A DNA stretch of 39,265 nucleotides from Catajapyx aquilonaris (taxonomy: Eukaryota): NCBI GenBank assembly GCA_000934665.2, contig KZ538942.1, positions 1 to 39,265 of the forward strand, in the 5' to 3' direction. The position numbers were made by a program, and so were the translations under genes. Positions within the stretch are counted from its first letter, which is position 1. Each line of letters begins with the position of its first letter. Shown piece after piece: positions 35,101 to 39,265 of this stretch. The notes under the pieces were generated by a model, which was not told the origin of the DNA, searched no databases, and was given only the letters and a program-made list of their open reading frames with translations.

Positions 35101-38100
35101 CCCAACCATATTTTAATTTTTATTAAGTATTATATTATACTTTTCAATGTATTGAGTATATACAATAATTCTTTGAACAATGCCTAAAAGGATCGCTAAT
35201 TCAAAATAAACCTCCACTTCCTGTTATATACTGTAAAAAAATGGCAGAAGTTCGTTGTAATGATCATTTTAATGCATTTTTTTTCCTTGGGATCCAAAAA
35301 GACCCCACGGCACGGTTCCAGGGTTAAATATTCATCCTTCCTATTATTGTATGTGTTATGGACAATATATGATATGAACACCCTAATAGGAAAGGGGTCA
35401 AATGACATAAAATCTGTGTGAATTATATACGGTTATGACACTTTCTTATGCAGGGGCCATAGAAAGAACAATGAAACCGTATAAACTCGCAGGGACGTTG
35501 CCATACCATCGTCCCCGCGAGTTTATACGACGGTATGGCAACGTCCCCGCGAGTTTATACAGTTCCATTGTTTGGTGAACATGTGGGGGATGTCAACATG
35601 GCAACGCCTAGCAACACGCCGTGTATGGTAGCGATATGGTAGTGTTTGAACTTCCCGGGCGGATGTGACGTCACGATTTGGCCCAAACTTTGGAGGCCTC
35701 GTGAACCCTAACCAGGCCTCGTAGAGCAATATGACCTTCACTTCCATATACTGGTTTTTCACAAGGAATCTCGCTACCCTGTATACAGGATTTGTTGTAT
35801 GCACTCCCACACCCGTGGACCTGGGCTTTGCGTCGTAAAACCAGTGTACTGATTATGAAAGCACTAAATAAAGGTCAGCACTACCCAAATTATTATAATT
35901 ATACTGGGGGCATTAAAAGGTTCTGATCACCACCAGAGGTTTGGTGCAAATGATAAAATAATTCTTTATGAAATTCGCAGTTCACAATACTTCTTTCCAA
36001 AACATATGGCACCCCTTAGAGAGATGGTTTGGTTGGCAACTGTACTACTACCGAACTTACCTGTCACACAAACTGTGACAAATTTCGATCCAAAGGAGCC
36101 AGTTGGGGACAAGCTGCAGGGATTGCAATGCTGGTTTTGAAAGTAGCCTGCCATTATACATTCCTGAGCTGTCAAGAAGTAGCTGTCAATATTTCTCAGA
36201 TGCTTGACCTAAAGGCAAAAAAGTAGTTCTTCATTTGGTCCAAGAATCCTTATGTGCATACGTCAGTTCTGTTAAAAGGCAAATCACACCTACTGCCTTG
36301 TCCAAGTGCAAGCTAATGCAATAACTGATGGTGATAAGAAGCTTGCCAAGACCTGTAGTTATTACGTCATGCATTTAACATAAAATACGCGGGTTGATTC
36401 ATAAGTCATGGTGCGTATTTTTTTATTCAAAGACAGTAGCACATACAGAGCTGACCTTTGCTGAGTTTTGAAGCTCCGGCAATTACAATTTGATCTGGCA
36501 TATAGATGTCGCCCATATCGAGAGGGAGGCAGGGAAACAAAAGGGGATCATGACCCCCCCACCGCACCATCGCCATAAGAAGGCCCGAGCCTGATGCACT
36601 TGGAGGAGTTGGACGATGCTGGCTGGACACTCGGAGATGGACAACATGGGAGCTTGCTTTCAAGTGTGGGACAAGTCAAGAGCAGTCTGCTTAGGACTCT
36701 GAAAGACTGAAGGGTCTCAGGAAGTTGGCATCCTCACTGGTTCCTCACCATCTCTTTGAGGTGCAAAAGAGCTGCCATTTTGCCTTCGCTTGGAACTCGA
36801 TCGCATTGAGGGCGATGGTTTTTTCAAACGGTTTGTGGCGATGGATGACACATGGCTCCGGTCACAGGGCTCTGACTTGTCCCACACTCGAAAGCAAGCT
36901 CCAGTGTTGTCCATGACCAAGTGTCCAGCATGCAGCGTCCAACAGCTCCCAGCGTGTCAGGCTCGGGCCTTCTTAGGGCGATGGTGCAGTGGGGGGGTCA
37001 TGATCCCCTTTCGGTTCCCTGCCTCCCTCGTGATATGGGTGACATCTCTATGCCAGATCAAATTGTAATCGCTGGAGATTCAAAATTCAGCAAAGGTCAT
37101 ACCGTTTTTGAATAATAAAATACACGCCATGACAACACCAAGTCCCACTGAGCCTCTAATCGCTCTCACATATCGCGGTGGGTGAGACCTGCCTTTTAAT
37201 GCTGGATCCAGTACACTGTATTAAAGCACTCACAGTTCCTTTCACAACATCGTCTGCAACTAGGTCCGTAAATATCCAGCCTACTTCGGTAAGTCCTAGT
37301 TTCTGAGCAATGTTCTGCACCAAATCCTTCTTTTCGTCCTTCAGTAGTCTAATAGAATCCCTTGTGCTCTCCTGAAAAAAGGCATCCAGTAATGGTTATT
37401 TCAACCAAGCAGCATGCTGAAATAAATGATGAGCTCAAAATACCTGAGGTGGTTCATAGATGGCTGCAACAGTTGCTCGAATGCCAAGAGGCACATCATT
37501 GTGCACCTCATATCGACCGAAAAGGAATCCAATTCTCTGATGGCCAGTGGACCTCCAGTAATTCAGAAACCTTTCAACCAAGTTGGGGTTCTCAAACATA
37601 ACATTGTCAACATGGCGATAATTCTGCAAAAAAATTAAAAAATCAAATTTGTAGATCAGCATAGTGTGTGTTCCAAGTTTGGGATCCTTTTACATATCAC
37701 AAATTTCACCACAAGTTGTTAATTTTCTGTAGCTTTTTGCCTCCAGATCAAGGTACCCAATTATTCCCGGGTGGGGTAGAATACAGCAGCTGCTACATAA
37801 TTGGGCACCTTGATCGGGGCGCAAAGAGATACACGATAGTAACAATTTCGGAGAAATTTGTGATAGGACCCCAATACTTGTAACACATTGTATATACGAA
37901 TACATGTACCAACATCTACCAACCTGCTGATTGAGTGTAATTGCATTTGGCTGGCACTTGGTGCAAATTCCAAGAGGCCAGGGAAGATGATCCTTGCAGC
38001 CAGCACGGATTTGACAGCTAATGTCCTCTAATGCCACAAACTTGCCTCTGCAGTAGAGAAGCAAAAAATTTCACAATGACTTATTCTGAAAATGTGCTTG

Positions 38101-38265
38101 CAAAGTATGTACACCATTAAAACTAACCTGTCCATTCCTCCTGTCAGCTTTCTTAGGTAGGAATGGAAAGACATATGCTTAATGTTTTGTTCCCTTAGGT
38201 ACTGTTCATCATACGGCTCAAGAGGAGAGCAATGAAAGCAACAGCCATTAGGTCCATGGCGACAG
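13787..38265 (-). CDS. NPLOC4: Nuclear protein localization protein 4 homolog (p97/Cdc48-Ufd1 cofactor), 5'-partial, 9 coding exons in the window
   Basis: Exons (-): 38128-38265, 37924-38047, 37444-37623, 37234-37371, 36061-36208, 31413-31573, 16223-16374, 16025-16163, 13787-14086, all GT-AG and phase-consistent. Zn-finger motifs [12 protein letters not shown] and [17 protein letters not shown]-like core ([43 protein letters not shown]) and C-terminal [13 protein letters not shown]...CEIC. The N-terminal UBX-like exons are not in the window. Confidence 0.96.
14480..14680 (-). pseudogene. Possible highly decayed Tc1/mariner-superfamily transposase fragment
   Basis: The minus strand reads [12 protein letters not shown] (around 14636-14671), resembling the WFQQDGA motif around the second catalytic Asp; the rest is degraded. 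Confidence 0.35.
16025..16163 (-). CDS. NPLOC4: NPL4 exon
   Basis: [46 protein letters not shown]; 59-bp upstream intron. Confidence 0.94.
16223..16374 (-). CDS. NPLOC4: NPL4 exon
   Basis: [50 protein letters not shown]; read manually. Confidence 0.95.
16573..16765. mobile_element. Small Tc1/mariner-type MITE
   Basis: CAGGGTGTTCC ... GGAACACCCTG|TA; internal pair TGTAGCTTGTTGC / GCAACAAGCTACA. Confidence 0.8.
16830..17211 (+). promoter_or_regulatory. CpG-rich patch, candidate promoter / 5' UTR of the nested TRIM-cyclophilin gene
   Basis: Visibly many CG dinucleotides (CCGCGCC, GTCGAC, GACGCGGCGG) in an otherwise CpG-poor intron, directly upstream of a candidate ATG micro-exon. Confidence 0.4.
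17212..17226 (+). CDS. Candidate first coding micro-exon (MTTQE) of the TRIM-cyclophilin gene
   Basis: aatcATG context (A at -3); ATG ACT ACT CAA GAG|gtgggt is a phase-0 donor compatible with the phase-0 acceptor at 20653. Confidence 0.45.
17539..18070. mobile_element. Non-autonomous element with terminal inverted repeats of about 65 bp
   Basis: AGTTACA..TGGTGGAATTTTTGTATTTTTCATTAGCAGT..GACTTAG versus CTAAGTCACTGCTAATGAAAAACACAAAAATTCCACCA..TGTAACT; no clear TSD. Confidence 0.7.
19282..19460. mobile_element. hAT (Charlie-like) MITE
   Basis: CAGCATTTCTCAACC ... GGTTGAGAAAGTTG ends; 8-bp TSD GATGGAAG (19274-19281) / GATGAAAG (19461-19468). Confidence 0.8.
19948..20175 (+). mobile_element. tRNA-derived SINE (third family) containing a (CT)n microsatellite
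   Basis: A box TGGTCTAGTGG (19959-19969), B box GGTTCAAATCC (20003-20013), (CT)n at 20094-20128, 3' TATCACAGGTAAAA; no convincing TSD. Confidence 0.65.
20654..21214 (+). CDS. TRIM-cyclophilin exon: RING + B-box + start of coiled coil
   Basis: gtttttctccag| acceptor; 187 codons [20 protein letters not shown]...KQQDFLLK. Confidence 0.9.
20654..22434 (+). CDS. TRIM-cyclophilin fusion protein (C3HC4 RING, B-box 2, coiled coil, Q/P/S-rich linker, cyclophilin-like domain), nested antisense in an NPL4 intron
   Basis: Exons 20654-21214 and 21325-22434 are joined in frame by a 110-bp GT-AG intron (AAA|gttagt...ttttccag|GTT). [21 protein letters not shown] (20699-20830); B-box [23 protein letters not shown] (20987-21085); cyclophilin [58 protein letters not shown] (21940-22431). 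At least 556 aa; start exon uncertain. Confidence 0.92.
21325..22434 (+). CDS. TRIM-cyclophilin terminal exon: coiled coil, linker, cyclophilin-like domain
   Basis: 369 codons plus TGA; matches ORF-track 21328-22434. Confidence 0.93.
   Translation, partial: VLEACTTLKHDIESELKNGNQSISEAHEVHDLMGNARRGFMTMEGPSSFLLANVTVAARKKKLQARYQKLLLQSQMDDVISNSSVIVDFTAVKHAVQSTSQTKNLPMYMNNGNPLSDPILFLTNYCLSRLYPRHVMTEWHSQQNGNFSDMLASLPSATNLLSLQQPTQGSSQSYTPLPLPKPHHFLTQQEKIIAPPSNSMPRGPLHPKFFFNIEINGVDVGRIVIEARPDCAPKMVENFESLSTCERGIGYKGCSIFQCWKGESLITGDFEYNNGRGGYSVFDEPYFMPDDTKMPAVRGAVGMRRTQKRHDNKGLVGSQFRIILQDMPGFTAIFGHVIEGLEMMDKLSQCGDNAGTPTKLISIAHCGKL
24890..25800 (-). pseudogene. Decayed mariner transposase relic interrupted by SINE-derived sequence
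   Basis: Minus strand 25538-25790 gives [48 protein letters not shown] (N-terminal HTH region). 24890-25160 gives [38 protein letters not shown] (C-terminus). Frameshifts and stops throughout. 25462-25520 resembles the SINE at 7333-7392. Confidence 0.7.
26683..27938. mobile_element. pogo/Tigger-type MITE split by a nested foldback element
   Basis: TA|CACTCTACTCCCAATTATTC ... GGATAATCAGTAGTAGTG|TA; repeated GATTATC subterminal motifs at both ends. Confidence 0.65.
26803..27734. mobile_element. Tc1-like foldback element, inverted arms of about 360 bp
   Basis: TA|CTTTCCCAAAC..TATTTGACCACCCC ... GGGGTGGCCGAATAATTATGGGTTTGGGCAAG|TA; arms about 26803-27160 and 27375-27734 pair over long stretches (e.g. 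CTGGACTTTAGAATTGATAATTATGAATAGTAACAATTGAGCT). Confidence 0.9.
28402..29155. mobile_element. pogo/Tigger-derived non-autonomous element with CENP-B-type HTH remnant
   Basis: CAGTCAACTCTGGATATAAC ... GTTATATCTGGAATGAACTG|TA; minus strand near 28620-28710 reads [26 protein letters not shown], resembling a Tigger transposase N-terminus. Confidence 0.7.
29402..29901. mobile_element. Old, degenerate foldback MITE
   Basis: CAGATGAAAAAGTGAACGTCAGTTTTGTT / AACAAAACTGAGTTTCACTTTTTCATCTG; inner pair near 29536-29577 and 29726-29766. Confidence 0.65.
29947..30753. mobile_element. Palindromic mariner relic: two inverted copies of the transposase 3' half
   Basis: Arms about 29947-30320 and 30370-30753. 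The right arm translates [52 protein letters not shown] (D34D spacing; the left arm has APSDY). Confidence 0.9.
31413..31573 (-). CDS. NPLOC4: NPL4 exon
   Basis: [53 protein letters not shown]; followed by the 15,038-bp intron. Confidence 0.96.
31844..32069 (-). mobile_element. Short Helitron-like element
   Basis: On -, it starts A|TCTATATCAATAAAG, has the GC hairpin CCCGGGCAACGCCGGG near the 3' end, and ends CTAT (a CTRR variant); no TSD. Confidence 0.55.
33066..33271. mobile_element. Near-palindromic pogo/Tigger-type MITE
   Basis: TA|CAGTGAACCCTGTCCACAACGGACCCTG ... CAGGGTCCGTTATGGACAGGATTCACTC|TA; related ends at about 32987-33053 and 33284-33638. Confidence 0.85.
33639..33764. other. 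Assembly gap (126 N) followed by a poly-C run
   Basis: N run in the sequence; a single N also occurs at 10230 after poly-G. Confidence 1.
35041..35323. mobile_element. piggyBac-type MITE
   Basis: TTAA|CCCTGGAACCGTGCCGTG ... CACGGCACGGTTCCAGGG|TTAA (18-bp perfect TIR, TTAA TSD). Confidence 0.92.
36061..36208 (-). CDS. NPLOC4: NPL4 exon
   Basis: [50 protein letters not shown]|gtaagt donor. Confidence 0.95.
36388..37133. mobile_element. mariner-derived foldback MITE (copy 2 of the 7637-8407 family, opposite orientation, right tip truncated)
   Basis: Arms homologous to those of copy 1; the spacer on + reads [19 protein letters not shown] and [21 protein letters not shown]. Confidence 0.9.
37234..37371 (-). 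CDS. NPLOC4: NPL4 exon
   Basis: [46 protein letters not shown]; read manually, phase 0-0. Confidence 0.94.
37444..37623 (-). CDS. NPLOC4: NPL4 exon
   Basis: [60 protein letters not shown]. Confidence 0.96.
37674..37880. mobile_element. Small hairpin MITE in an NPL4 intron
   Basis: TATCACAAATTTC / GAAATTTGTGATA and GATCAAGGTACCCAATTAT / ATAATTGGGCACCTTGATC. Confidence 0.75.
37924..38047 (-). CDS. NPLOC4: NPL4 exon (zinc finger 2)
   Basis: [41 protein letters not shown]. Confidence 0.95.
38128..38265 (-). CDS. NPLOC4: NPL4 exon (zinc finger 1)
   Basis: [45 protein letters not shown]; tttgcag| acceptor, AG|gttagt donor. Confidence 0.95.
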
Positions 38266-39134
38266 CTGCAAATAGACAGAGTGGTGTAAAATATGTACAT
38301 ATGTGCTCCAACAGTAATTAGGCCTAAATATGTCTAACCACTCCCTTACTCTCAGCTTAAAATCTGGAAATAACATTACATGAACATATTAATAATCCGT
38401 GGAGGAAGTGGGGGAAGCCATATGGTTTGCAATGTATTTCTCTTACAGTTGTCTCATGTTACAAACACAGCAGGCTACCAAGCCTCCTTACCAACCCTAA
38501 ATGCCAGACTCCTACCCTTTATGTCATATCTGCAGAGGTTAACTTAGTAGTACAAGGGAATATGGCCAAAATGAGATCAGTCAACTGAAACGAAAATGAT
38601 TTCATTCTGGCAAGTCTGGCCATTTCAATTGCTATAAGCCAATTTTGCCAGTGAACGTCAAATTAGCATTATCAATGATGATATCAGGCAGAAAGATTTG
38701 GGATATTTTGTCCTGCCTACTTCGTACAGGAAAGTCACTTTATATGCATAATTTTCAACAGAGGTTGTCAAATGGAACAATGGAATTTGACACTCTTCTT
38801 GCCATTTCTTGACCATAAGGTCTGACCATGAAAAGAGCCATGTGAAAGACAGGAAAAACAAAGTATGGAACTAAAAATGAGTCAGGCAGAACTTTCCCAT
38901 AAGGGAGAAAGATCTGATCATAATATAGTTTTACATGACTCCAACAATGAAGTAGTAAAATCCTGCCAAAGCCTGGCCCCATAACAAGGCAACCATTTGG
39001 ACTTGTTCATATGATGTTTCACCAGCATTGGGAGAAACCCAATATGAGAGAATGGGGGAGCGGAGCTGGGCCAATAGCACATGCATCTGTGTGCCTGGAC
39101 TTTCCAGACTTGACTCACTGTTTTAAATTATTAC

Positions 39135-39215
39135 TAGGAAAACCCTCGCTCCGCTCGTATTTTCCTATGGCGCTGGCCTAGAAAACCGCTCGCTTCGCTC
39201 GCTCTTTTCTAGGCC
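39135..39215. repeat. Tandem pair of related stem-loops (probable terminus of a repetitive element)
   Basis: TAGGAAAA-CCCTCGCTCCGCTCGTA-TTTTCCTA and GGCCTAGAAAA-CCGCTCGCTTCGCTCGCTC-TTTTCTAGGCC. Confidence 0.55.
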
Positions 39216-39265
39216 TGCGGCCTACAGTGCCCACCACATTTTCAATCTCTTCGGACTTATTGCCA

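Noticed and set aside
38266..39130. Further NPL4 5' exon within the short minus-strand ORFs
   Set aside because: None resembles the NPL4 N-terminal region; treated as intron, with the upstream exons outside the window.
1..39265. CRISPR array or prokaryotic defence operon
   Set aside because: The sequence is spliceosomal-intron-containing eukaryotic DNA. The repeats are inverted MITE arms, not regularly spaced direct repeats.

Overview
Eukaryotic, intron-rich genomic DNA, most likely from an arthropod: it has 55-60 bp minimal introns, invertebrate-type mariner, pogo and piggyBac MITEs, and CpG-poor gene bodies. Three genes can be reconstructed by hand from GT-AG splice sites. (1) WIPI2/Atg18 lies on + with 10 coding exons at 1627-9857 (447 aa, FRRG motif). 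(2) The 3' part of NPL4/NPLOC4, a p97/VCP cofactor, lies on - with 9 coding exons from 38265 to 13787; its 5' exons are beyond the window. (3) Nested antisense inside the 15-kb NPL4 intron (16375-31412) is a RING + B-box + coiled-coil + cyclophilin gene, i.e. a TRIM-Cyp architecture, at 20654-22434 with a probable micro first exon at 17212-17226. Its cyclophilin domain has lost the canonical PPIase active-site residues, and this gene is the most notable item. The introns and intergenic DNA hold many non-autonomous elements: tRNA-derived SINEs (one with a V-SINE core), long foldback mariner/Tc1 derivatives, pogo/Tigger, hAT and piggyBac MITEs, and a Helitron-like fragment. There is an assembly gap at 33639-33764. 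All homology calls come from recognising motifs by eye; no search was run.
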